Positions 47,892 to 56,551 of a DNA stretch of 64,000 bases are shown here, piece by piece (positions within the stretch are counted from its first letter, which is position 1; each line of letters begins with the position of its first letter). A model generated the notes under the pieces. That model was not told where the DNA came from and did no database searches. It saw nothing but the letters and a program-made list of their open reading frames with translations. The position numbers and the translations under genes are program-made. The stretch comes from an uncultured Acidobacteriota bacterium (GTDB lineage: Bacteria > Acidobacteriota > UBA6911 > RPQK01 > JAPXNP01): contig CAVZRV010000010.1 in NCBI GenBank assembly GCA_963777605.1, positions 192,001 to 256,000 of the forward strand, written 5' to 3'.

Positions 47892-48226
47892 CCCTGGCAA
47901 TTATCGGGCAACCACCGGTACCTTTCCAACGGAAGATTTCCGATTGGGCCGAACTCGACACCCTCGCGCTCCAGGAGCGAGCGCTGCAGTCCCGTCGGGA
48001 CGTGCGGCAACCGGTCGGTGGAGCAGCCACCCCGGGAATTGACCACCCGGTGCCAGGGAACACCCTCCGGGCACGTGTTCATGGCCCACCCGACGGCCCG
48101 GGCTGAAAGCGGTTCGATCATCAGGGCGATCTGCCCGTAGGTCATCACCCGCCCAGGAGGAATCTTTCGAACCAGGGCATAGACTGCCTCCCACGCACTT
48201 TCACGATTCGAGGACCTGGATCCCAT
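47888..48226 (-). CDS. Alkyltransferase-like protein (ATL/YbaZ type)
   Basis: IPPGRVMTYGQIA, ARAVGWAM, PWHRV (Trp in place of the catalytic Cys of PCHRV), QRSLLEREGV. Confidence 0.92.
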   Translation of the reverse strand: MGSRSSNRESAWEAVYALVRKIPPGRVMTYGQIALMIEPLSARAVGWAMNTCPEGVPWHRVVNSRGGCSTDRLPHVPTGLQRSLLEREGVEFGPIGNLPLERYRWLPDNCQG

Positions 48227-48276
48227 TGCAAACGAGTATAACGAAGCGCCCCTGAGATATGGCAAGGTCTGGGGTC

Positions 48277-49131
48277 TTACTCTTCGCTGTACGTGATCTC
48301 CATGCACCGGGCTCTCACGGCCGCAATCGACAGCGCCACCGCGACCACCAGAAGCAGTCCGGGCACCGCCACCCAGAAGGGAGCCGGTTCAGCCAGAATA
48401 GTCACCGGCCCCTCGGGAATCGGCACCGGACAAAGTGATTCGAGGTAGTAGATTACGCTGATCTGTTTCAAGGTCGGCGGGAGGAGGAAGTTGATGTACT
48501 CCCACCCAAGAATGACCCCAGCCGGGACGATCGGGTTCCGGAAGTAGAGTCCAATCAGCATGAACACAGCCCCGTACCCCACGCAGGCCAATATGGTCAG
48601 GCCCAGGTAAGCGAAGAGGTGACCCAGCCCGGGACCCTTCAAAACGAACTCCTCGAATGCCACCCAGCCCGCCGGAGCGAAGAGCAACCCGTAGGAGAGC
48701 AGCGTGCTGATTCCGAAAATGACCGAGGTGCTGATCACGCCGGCCAGGTATTTCCCCACCACCAGAACCTCCCGGCGCACCGGGGACAGAAGGTAGAAGT
48801 GAATCACCCGCTCCAACATGTCTCCCCTGAACAGGCGGGTAAATACACCAACGCAGCCAAAGAAGATCGCCAGCCGCAGGACAAATGTCCGGAAGATCAG
48901 CGCGTAGAGAGCCCCCTCTCCGCCCAGGCGGTCGATAAAGGTCTTGTCCGGACCCAGCATTCGCAGAGAGAGGAGGAGTACCGGCATACCGGCGAGAAGG
49001 TAGACGAATAGGGATCGCTTGCCGAAAAGATTCTTGCGTCCTTCGATCGCAAGGATTCCCTGGACCTGGCGTCGCCAAAGCGCCCAGGGAGCCTCCGATA
49101 GCCGGGTCTTGATGGATGCCACACTGCTCAT
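48277..49131 (-). CDS. ABC-2 type transporter permease
   Basis: About 6 TM helices, FYLLSPVRREVLVVGKY motif; in an operon with ABC ATPases. Confidence 0.85.
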   Translation of the reverse strand: MSSVASIKTRLSEAPWALWRRQVQGILAIEGRKNLFGKRSLFVYLLAGMPVLLLSLRMLGPDKTFIDRLGGEGALYALIFRTFVLRLAIFFGCVGVFTRLFRGDMLERVIHFYLLSPVRREVLVVGKYLAGVISTSVIFGISTLLSYGLLFAPAGWVAFEEFVLKGPGLGHLFAYLGLTILACVGYGAVFMLIGLYFRNPIVPAGVILGWEYINFLLPPTLKQISVIYYLESLCPVPIPEGPVTILAEPAPFWVAVPGLLLVVAVALSIAAVRARCMEITYSEE

Positions 49132-49141
49132 TTTCAATTCC

Positions 49142-50080
49142 TCAGGAACCGATCAGGTACTGGTAGACCGAGTGAACATCTTCATCGGCCGGCGTCACCA
49201 TCTCGATCTGGAGCCGGGTTTCGAGTATCGCCTGGTTCAGCCTCCGGTAGAACTTCTCCGCATCCCGCGTGCGAATCAGCAACCCCCGATGGTCTTCCTG
49301 AATCTTGACCTCGACGACATGATCCATTTCGAACAGCCTGGATGCCAGAACGGACGGCCGGTCACACCGAATCAGGACCTGGATCGGGTGCTCGGGCAAC
49401 TCACCGCGCACACTGGAAATGTCTCCTTCCGCAATCACATAGCCACCGTTCAGAAGGACGACCTGATCGGAGATCATGTCGATCTCGTGAAGGATGTGGC
49501 TGGACACGATCACGAAGCGGGATTCGGAGGCAAATTCCCTGAAGAGGGCGATCACTTCGGAACGCGCCATGGGATCGAGGCCGTTGAGCGGCTCGTCCAG
49601 GACGAGAACGGTCGGGTTGTGGGCGATTGCCTGGGCCAGCTTGATTCGCTGCCGCATCCCTTTGCTGTAACCCGCCACCTTTCTTCGGGCGGCATCGACC
49701 AGCTTCACCCGTTCCAGCGCATTCCAGGCCAGTTCGTGTGCTTCCTTCGAGGTGAATCCATGGACCTTCAGGAAGGAGGAAACAAACTCGAACCCGGTGA
49801 AACCACGAGGAAAAGCATCGTACTGGGTACAGTAGCCAAGCTGACGGAAGAGAACCTCAGGCTGGTATGGGGAACAATCCAGGACACGGATGCGCCCCCG
49901 GGTCGGGCGCAGCAGGCCCGTCATCAGGTTCATCAGGGTGGTTTTACCGCTTCCGTTCGGGCCGACCAGTCCGGTAATTCCGGGGCTCAGCGCAAGGGAA
50001 ACCCGGTTGATACCCAGTACCTCCCCATAGAACTTCGATACACTTTCAAAGATAATCGACGAGGCTTCGGCCACAGTCAT
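49142..50080 (-). CDS. ABC transporter ATP-binding protein
   Basis: [34 protein letters not shown]. Confidence 0.94.
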   Translation of the reverse strand: MTVAEASSIIFESVSKFYGEVLGINRVSLALSPGITGLVGPNGSGKTTLMNLMTGLLRPTRGRIRVLDCSPYQPEVLFRQLGYCTQYDAFPRGFTGFEFVSSFLKVHGFTSKEAHELAWNALERVKLVDAARRKVAGYSKGMRQRIKLAQAIAHNPTVLVLDEPLNGLDPMARSEVIALFREFASESRFVIVSSHILHEIDMISDQVVLLNGGYVIAEGDISSVRGELPEHPIQVLIRCDRPSVLASRLFEMDHVVEVKIQEDHRGLLIRTRDAEKFYRRLNQAILETRLQIEMVTPADEDVHSVYQYLIGS

Positions 50081-50952
50081 CGAACCACCTCGTAGGCTCG
50101 AATTCTTCGCGACAGCAACAAAAGGCTTACACCGCATACCAGGCCCAGGACCAGCCAGGCGCTCCAAACCGGGACGCTCCCGATCCCACTCTCCGGACCG
50201 GCCTCACTCCCGAAAAAGAGCCAGTCCCAGATTGTCTGGATCAGATAATTGAGATGGAAAAGATCCCCCCAGGGCGTCAGGAAGATCTCCCGGATCGCAC
50301 TGCCGAACCCGGCTCCCACAAAGAACAAACCAAATAGCAGCGCCCCCGCCACCGACTTCCAGCGGACCCAGGAAGAGATGGCCAGAGCCAGCAGTGAAAG
50401 CACGATCATCCAGATCCACGATCCGACGAAAATCGCCACCAGGATCCGCATATTCTCGAGCATCCAGCCATCCGCGAGATTGGCCTGCAGCAGAAACAGC
50501 AACCCCAGCGGCAACCACGTGATGCAGGACATCAGGATAACCAGGACCGCCATCTTTCCGATGACGTACTCGCTTCGCGAAAAAGCCCTGCTGAGATAAA
50601 GCGGCAGCCCGTTATTGATCAGGTCGGGGGAAACCAATCCCGGCCCCACGAATGCCGTCAGAAGAAAAGCGAAAGCGCCCTGGACAGCCAGCAACTGGCG
50701 AAAGAAGGACGCATTGATCGAGATCAACGCATCGGCGGGAATCCGCAGCATCCCCAGCGCAGCAAGGTTGTGCTTCAGGTAGATCAGAACCCCCGCTCCC
50801 AGTGGAACCATGAAACAGAGGACGAAGAAGACTGTGAAAAACCGGGACTCGAACACCTTGCGGTAGGCATAGCGGGGAAAGACCAGGATTCGCTGCCACT
50901 GGGCAGTCAGTTCTCCCTCGTAGCTCCGATAAGTATTCCTATAGACTGCCAT
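50077..50952 (-). CDS. ABC-2 type transporter permease
   Basis: About 6 TM helices, [24 protein letters not shown] motif. Confidence 0.85.
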   Translation of the reverse strand: MAVYRNTYRSYEGELTAQWQRILVFPRYAYRKVFESRFFTVFFVLCFMVPLGAGVLIYLKHNLAALGMLRIPADALISINASFFRQLLAVQGAFAFLLTAFVGPGLVSPDLINNGLPLYLSRAFSRSEYVIGKMAVLVILMSCITWLPLGLLFLLQANLADGWMLENMRILVAIFVGSWIWMIVLSLLALAISSWVRWKSVAGALLFGLFFVGAGFGSAIREIFLTPWGDLFHLNYLIQTIWDWLFFGSEAGPESGIGSVPVWSAWLVLGLVCGVSLLLLSRRIRAYEVVR

Positions 50953-51871
50953 TGTCAGTTCCCATCGCCTTGAGGAAGATGTCCTCGAGGGAGTCCTTCT
51001 TGTAACTCAACCGCCTCAATTCCACGTCCGATTCAATTGCAGTCCGGTAGAGATCCGAGATCTCGAGGCCTTCCGGGAGAACCACTTTGTAGCGCCTCTG
51101 CCCGGACTTCGCCCACTCACAGCCGAGCGCCTCAACCCGTTCCATAAAAGCTTCCGTCGAACCATGAGCCTCCAGTTCGACGAATTTCCGGTTGGCACTC
51201 CGCTCCTTTTCAAGGTTGCAATAAACGGCAATATGTCCCTGCCTCAGGATGATCACCTCTTCACAGCACTCCTCGACGTCGCGCAGCAAGTGGGACGAGA
51301 GAATGACGTGCACGTCGTCGGCCTTGATAATCTCGCGAATCAGCTTGAGCATGCGGAGCCGCGCCGGCGGGTCCAACCCGTTGGTCGGCTCGTCGAGAAA
51401 GAGAAGTCGAGGTCCATGAACGATCGCCTGGGCGAGTTTCACAAGCTGCTTCATACCTTGGGAGAAGGTCTCCACCTTTCGATAGCGGGCCTCCCCGAGG
51501 CCGACGTAGAAGAGCGTCTCGTGGGCCCTCTCCAGCGCCGCCGAGGACGGGATCCCGGTCAGTTCCGCCAGCATTGCCACGAAGCGAACCGCTGTCATGC
51601 CGGCGATGAAAGACTCATTTTCCGGCATGTACCCAAGCATGGAGCGGATGCTCCGGGCATCGCTCTGAATGTCCCGGCCGAAGATTCGTGCGGCGCCGGA
51701 TGCGGGAGAGTGAAACCCAAGGAGGGTGTGAATCATCGTGGTCTTGCCGGCTCCGTTCGGACCGAGGAGGCCGATAGCCCGGCCGGAAAAGGTGCCGCTG
51801 ACTTGTTTCAAGGCTTCCAACCGGCCAAATCTGACCGTCAAATTCTCGAGCTCGATGACCGGCTCCGCCAT
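50939..51871 (-). CDS. ABC transporter ATP-binding protein
   Basis: [35 protein letters not shown]. Confidence 0.94.
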   Translation of the reverse strand: MAEPVIELENLTVRFGRLEALKQVSGTFSGRAIGLLGPNGAGKTTMIHTLLGFHSPASGAARIFGRDIQSDARSIRSMLGYMPENESFIAGMTAVRFVAMLAELTGIPSSAALERAHETLFYVGLGEARYRKVETFSQGMKQLVKLAQAIVHGPRLLFLDEPTNGLDPPARLRMLKLIREIIKADDVHVILSSHLLRDVEECCEEVIILRQGHIAVYCNLEKERSANRKFVELEAHGSTEAFMERVEALGCEWAKSGQRRYKVVLPEGLEISDLYRTAIESDVELRRLSYKKDSLEDIFLKAMGTDNGSL

Positions 51872-51928
51872 GCCTACCCCCGAATGCCGGGGCCGCCGCA
51901 ACCCTGTCCGGCGGCCCCGCAATCGATA

Positions 51929-54568
51929 TTACTGGTTCTTCACTTCCGGAACCGAGGCGCCCAACATCTTCTGGATACCCTCGGGACCTCCCATCGTCGA
52001 CAGCAGGCCCAGGTTCATCCAGAGACGCTCCAGGTCACCCGAACCCGCCACCGTGATCCGGTTCGGCTCGCTGTAGAGTCCTACCAGCACCGGAGGCGTG
52101 TTCTTTAACATTTCGACCAGGGCGGCCTGGTTTTCGCCGGTTCCAGCCAACGACTCCGCCAGCCCTCCCGTAATCGCCGAGTCCAGCAGGGGAGCCAGGT
52201 TCTGATAGTAGAACCCGGACAGATTCACGCTCGAATCGGGTGGTACCAGGGAGGCAAACGTCTGAGAGCTGAGCAGGGAGTAGCCGCTCGAAGCGCACTG
52301 CTGGGCCTGCGCTATCAGTGCCGGATCTGGAGTCAGGATCATATAACCATTAACGTAACGGTAGTACAAAGAAGTTCCCGTTTTCTCGATCTGGAGCTGA
52401 TAAAGTCCATCGGCGTCCCCAACCAGGTTGATTCCCGGCTCCGCGCTTTCGACGGCGGCCTGGTTGACCCGGTTGACGGCCCACTCCACAGTCTTCTGGA
52501 GAGTGGCCGGGTCGTAAACCTCGAGAATGATCTTCCACGCAGGCGTCGGCAGCAGCGGTCCGTCAACTGCCAGTACGAATTCACCACCCAGCGGGGCCGC
52601 GATGTCGTTCCGAATGCTGACCCCCTCCGTGGCTTCAAATTCCTCGATTCCAGCGAGCGCGTCCGGGTCATCCGAAGCGGCGATAGCCAGGAGGTCATCC
52701 ACCAGATCTAACGGCTCGCGGACCACGAAAGCAGCCACCAGGTTGGCGTTGGGGGAGACGAAATCGAGTGCCCCCATCGGACCCGGAGCCGCAATCCAGG
52801 AAATCAATCCCTTTCCGGCGCCCTCGTAGGTCAGGACTGCGCGGCTCTCGGAGACTCCGTCCACCTGCTTGCGTTCGACAACCAGGTCCTGAACCTGGGT
52901 CACTCCAAGCCGGTCGATCACGCCTTCAGCGTGAGCTGCTGCACCTGATTCCGGAGTTGCCTCATGGTTCACCAGGCGCTGCATGTCAACAGCCAGCAGC
53001 CAATCCACTCCGTTGGCATAGCTGTGGGAGACGGTCTCGAAGAGTTTGGTGTCAGCAAAGCCGCCGGGAGCCGAACCCTTCGCCAGGGCGTCCATTCCCT
53101 GCAGCAACGGCACTGAAGGTGAAGCCATTACGAGACCGGAGTTGACCAGAAGTGAAAGGCCCTTTGCCGACTCGTCGAGCTTCGCACCATCCATCACGAG
53201 TTGCACGACCCCACCTTCTTCAACCTGCGGGTTCACCTTCGCGATCTGCGCACCGACGAGTCCGGCAAACTGGTCCGCATCCACAACATCAGCCAGCAAT
53301 ATCGGAGTGACATCGGCCGAGTCGGGCTGAGAGACGAGTGCGATCACGACTTCTTCGCCGACCAGGTTTCCGAGACTCTGGAGCTGGGCTACGAGATCGT
53401 CAAACTCACCCAATTTGTCAACCGCCTCCGGATGTTCCTGGAAGTATTGTGACACCGAAGGGTTCTGCTCGATTCGCTGTCTGAAGAGCTGATACACCGT
53501 TCCCAGTTTCCCGCTCACGTTCGGCAGTGCGGCATAGACTACGGTCCCTGCCGGGAGAATCCCGATGAGACTGCTGGAATAGCGGAGGTGATCTCCAAAG
53601 CTGGCGGCGTTGAGTTCCTGGTGCAGTTGGCTCATTTCCCTCAAGAGGGCGAGGTGCTGATCCGAGTTCTCGCTCCAGGAGAACTCGGTTTTGAGAGGAA
53701 CCATCTGGAGCCGGTTGCGGGTCGAATATTGCTCGCCTGGCGTCAGGACCGTGTTCTGTCCCGACTTCTCTACCCAGACTTCGCCTTCCAGGACCGAGAC
53801 ACGGGACCCGTTGACCCCGTGATTCACCGAGAACACCGTTCCTTTCACGGCAACCCGACAGTCGTTCGTAGAAACGTAGAGGTGACCACTTCCCTGCTTG
53901 GCAGCTTCGACGATCACCTGCCCGCGGCTGAGCTGTAAAGTCCGGCTGTTCCAGCCTTCATGGACACCCAGTTCGGTGCGTTCAGCCAGCTCCACGAGCG
54001 AACCGTCGTTCAGGCGCAGCATGGCGCGAGCGCCTTTACCGGTTCTCACGAGTTCCTGGGACTCGAAGACGGCTCCCACCGCAACCGGTCTCATCTCCCC
54101 ATCCGACACCATGAAGACCGGTCCCGATGCACGATCGAGCGCGGCCACGGTCATGCGCACCCCGGGGATGAGCCCGTTCCAGGACGCGATCTGGAACACC
54201 AGTGCCGCGAGAAGGAGAGTGGCAGCGAGAGCTCCCCACCGCAGCCACGGGTGAACAACGAAGGCCGGACGCTCTTGTCGCTGGTCAAGCCGGTCAGTTC
54301 GCGCTGCAGTCAAAGCCTTCCGGCAACGTACGCAATGTTGGGTGTGGTCCTCCAGGAGCAACCGTCGCGCCGGGGTCAGCCGGCCTGCCAGAAACTCGGG
54401 GATAAGCGACTGGAACTCTTCACAACTCTGGATCCCCCTGGATTCGTGCAGCCGCCCTCTGACCCGCTCGGAAATCGTCGCCACCTGCTCAGGCGAAAGT
54501 TCTTCCTGACGGAGAGCCTCAACAGCCTGATCAAGCATCGCTTCTTGTCGCTTTTCGTTCTCATTCAT
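51929..54568 (-). CDS. Anti-sigma factor: zf-HC2 (ZAS) + TM + FecR domain + about 550 aa periplasmic domain (tentatively DUF3352-like)
   Basis: C...HTQHCVRC (HxxxCxxC), single TM WGALAATLLLAALVF, FecR motifs LNDGSLVELAERT, VAVKGTVFSV, VSVLEGEV. Confidence 0.85.
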   Translation of the reverse strand: MNENEKRQEAMLDQAVEALRQEELSPEQVATISERVRGRLHESRGIQSCEEFQSLIPEFLAGRLTPARRLLLEDHTQHCVRCRKALTAARTDRLDQRQERPAFVVHPWLRWGALAATLLLAALVFQIASWNGLIPGVRMTVAALDRASGPVFMVSDGEMRPVAVGAVFESQELVRTGKGARAMLRLNDGSLVELAERTELGVHEGWNSRTLQLSRGQVIVEAAKQGSGHLYVSTNDCRVAVKGTVFSVNHGVNGSRVSVLEGEVWVEKSGQNTVLTPGEQYSTRNRLQMVPLKTEFSWSENSDQHLALLREMSQLHQELNAASFGDHLRYSSSLIGILPAGTVVYAALPNVSGKLGTVYQLFRQRIEQNPSVSQYFQEHPEAVDKLGEFDDLVAQLQSLGNLVGEEVVIALVSQPDSADVTPILLADVVDADQFAGLVGAQIAKVNPQVEEGGVVQLVMDGAKLDESAKGLSLLVNSGLVMASPSVPLLQGMDALAKGSAPGGFADTKLFETVSHSYANGVDWLLAVDMQRLVNHEATPESGAAAHAEGVIDRLGVTQVQDLVVERKQVDGVSESRAVLTYEGAGKGLISWIAAPGPMGALDFVSPNANLVAAFVVREPLDLVDDLLAIAASDDPDALAGIEEFEATEGVSIRNDIAAPLGGEFVLAVDGPLLPTPAWKIILEVYDPATLQKTVEWAVNRVNQAAVESAEPGINLVGDADGLYQLQIEKTGTSLYYRYVNGYMILTPDPALIAQAQQCASSGYSLLSSQTFASLVPPDSSVNLSGFYYQNLAPLLDSAITGGLAESLAGTGENQAALVEMLKNTPPVLVGLYSEPNRITVAGSGDLERLWMNLGLLSTMGGPEGIQKMLGASVPEVKNQ

Positions 54569-54569
54569 C

Positions 54570-55121
54570 TCAATTTCCTCCCAGGAAAGAGGAGGCCTCT
54601 TCCTGTAACCGAACCCTTGTTCTGTGGAGAGTCACTGCAATCGTCCCCGCGCTGGTTCCGAGGAGATCGGCAATTTCCTGATTGCTATAACCTTCGAGGA
54701 ATCGCAGCACGAACATCTCGGCAGACTTGGGACGAAGCCGCGCGATCGCCGCCCTGAGCCACCGTGCCAGTTCCTTTGACGAACTCAACTGGTCCGGGCG
54801 GCTCGTGGGGTGGGAACCGGGCACCGGGCCGACTTCGTCGATTGAGAGCGCGTTGGCGCTCTTGCGCGAGCGAACGATGTCGAGAGCTGCGTTGATGGCG
54901 GCCCGGTGAAGGTAGGCTCGTGCCCCCTGTCCCAGTTCCGGCATCTGTTTTCTGCGCAGCAAGCGGATGAAAACCGTCTGCAGGACGTCTTCCGCATCGT
55001 CCACGCTCCCGGTAATCCGGAAAGCTGACTGGAGTACGACCCGGCGGTGTTCCTCAAAAAGCTCCTGGATCGTTTGTGCCGACTCGGTTGCTTCTGGCAT
55101 TTGGATTCTCACTGCCTGCAC
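54570..55121 (-). CDS. ECF sigma-70 factor
   Basis: AFRITGSVDDAEDVLQTVF, YLHRAAINAALD, region 4 EGYSNQEIADLLGTSAGTIAVTLHRTR; GAGGAG SD. Confidence 0.93.
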   Translation of the reverse strand: MQAVRIQMPEATESAQTIQELFEEHRRVVLQSAFRITGSVDDAEDVLQTVFIRLLRRKQMPELGQGARAYLHRAAINAALDIVRSRKSANALSIDEVGPVPGSHPTSRPDQLSSSKELARWLRAAIARLRPKSAEMFVLRFLEGYSNQEIADLLGTSAGTIAVTLHRTRVRLQEEASSFLGGN

Positions 55122-55142
55122 GGCTCAACTCCTCTCGTTTCA

Positions 55143-55172
55143 TTAAACAAAACGGAGGAGGGAGTGATTTAT
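55143..55172 (-). promoter_or_regulatory. Candidate autoregulated ECF promoter
   Basis: Minus strand TAAAT-N16-TTGTTTA in an AT-rich island just upstream of the sigma SD. Confidence 0.4.
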
Positions 55173-55270
55173 TAACAACGGGTCCCGAAAAACGCGAAGG
55201 CGGTTCGGGGAGGATGGGAAGGATCTCAAACCGACCCGGCTTCCAAGACCACCGCCAGCCGGGGTCCACG

Positions 55271-56479
55271 TCAAAGAGTGGCGCAAAGACGGAGAAGGAA
55301 GGCGCAGAGCAAACCTCCATAAGTGCCCAGAACATAGCCCAGAACGCCCATCAAGACTCCGACCGGGGCCAATCCCTCGTAATACGCGGCGGCCACGATC
55401 GGAGCGGTGGCGGCTCCCCCCACGTTAGCCTGGCTGCCAACGGCTACCAGGAAGAGAGGAGCACGCAGCAATTTGGCGCCGGCAAACAGCACTCCGACGT
55501 GAATCATAATCCAGAGCACACCAACCAGCAAAAGCACGGGCGCCTCCAACAGCCCTGCCGGGTTCGCCTTTGCCCCGAGCGAAGTCAGGAACAGGTAGAG
55601 GGCCGCATACCCAATCTTTGACGCGCCGCCCCGCTCGAACCGTTGGATCGGGGTAAGTGAGAGAAGGAGTCCGGCCGTCGTGATGACAATGACCATCCAG
55701 GTGAATTCGGAAAACACCGACGCCAGGGCCGGGCTGACACTGCGCAGTACCGGGTCCAGAGTTTCGAACAGGTGACGGCCCAAAAAGTGACCCCCAACGG
55801 CCCCCACCAACCCGAGTGCCACCGTCCCGGTGACGTCCAGTACCGTCACCGGGCGCGATTCCGCGACCTGGGTCTCCTGCAGCCTTCGGCTCAAGTCTCG
55901 GAAAACTTCGACGCCAGCTCCCGTCCAACGATCGAACCGGCCCTGGTAGTTGGCGAGAATCAGAAGAATGCCGGTCCAACTGTAGGCGACCGCGGTATCG
56001 ACGACGATTATCGGACCAATCAGCGAATCCGGAGCCGCAACAGCTTCTTTGACGGCGGCGAAGTTCCCTCCACCCCCGATCCAGCTTCCTGACAGCGCCG
56101 CCAGCGCCTTCCACGAATCAGGCGGCAACCACGCCTTGAAACAAAGGAACGCAATCGGCCCACCGATGATGATTCCGAGCGCGCCAACCGTCATCATGGC
56201 CAGAGCCATGGGGCCTATCCTCAGCACGGCTGGGAGGTCGATCGTTACCATCAGCAGGAAAATCGAGAAGGGCAGGAGGTAATCTCGCATCCAGTCATAG
56301 GCGACTGACTGGCTGGGAAGCACTCCCGACACCGAGAGCAGCGTCGGAAGGTAGTAAATCAGGACGACCGAAGGCACGATTTTGTACACACGAGAGCCCC
56401 ACCCCGTCGAGGCGCTCCAGAACACCAGAGCACACACCGAGGCGCACACCGCAATAATGGGCATCGGGTCTTGGATCAT
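55271..56479 (-). CDS. DUF819-family membrane protein
   Basis: About 11 TM helices; GSWIGGGGNF, SQANVGGAATAP, GYVLGTYGG. Confidence 0.88.
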   Translation of the reverse strand: MIQDPMPIIAVCASVCALVFWSASTGWGSRVYKIVPSVVLIYYLPTLLSVSGVLPSQSVAYDWMRDYLLPFSIFLLMVTIDLPAVLRIGPMALAMMTVGALGIIIGGPIAFLCFKAWLPPDSWKALAALSGSWIGGGGNFAAVKEAVAAPDSLIGPIIVVDTAVAYSWTGILLILANYQGRFDRWTGAGVEVFRDLSRRLQETQVAESRPVTVLDVTGTVALGLVGAVGGHFLGRHLFETLDPVLRSVSPALASVFSEFTWMVIVITTAGLLLSLTPIQRFERGGASKIGYAALYLFLTSLGAKANPAGLLEAPVLLLVGVLWIMIHVGVLFAGAKLLRAPLFLVAVGSQANVGGAATAPIVAAAYYEGLAPVGVLMGVLGYVLGTYGGLLCAFLLRLCATL

Positions 56480-56551
56480 GTCGCCTTACCTGCCGGACCG
56501 AAAGCCTATCTGGAGCAAGCCATTCGGCGCAACCCATGCTAGATTAGGGGG

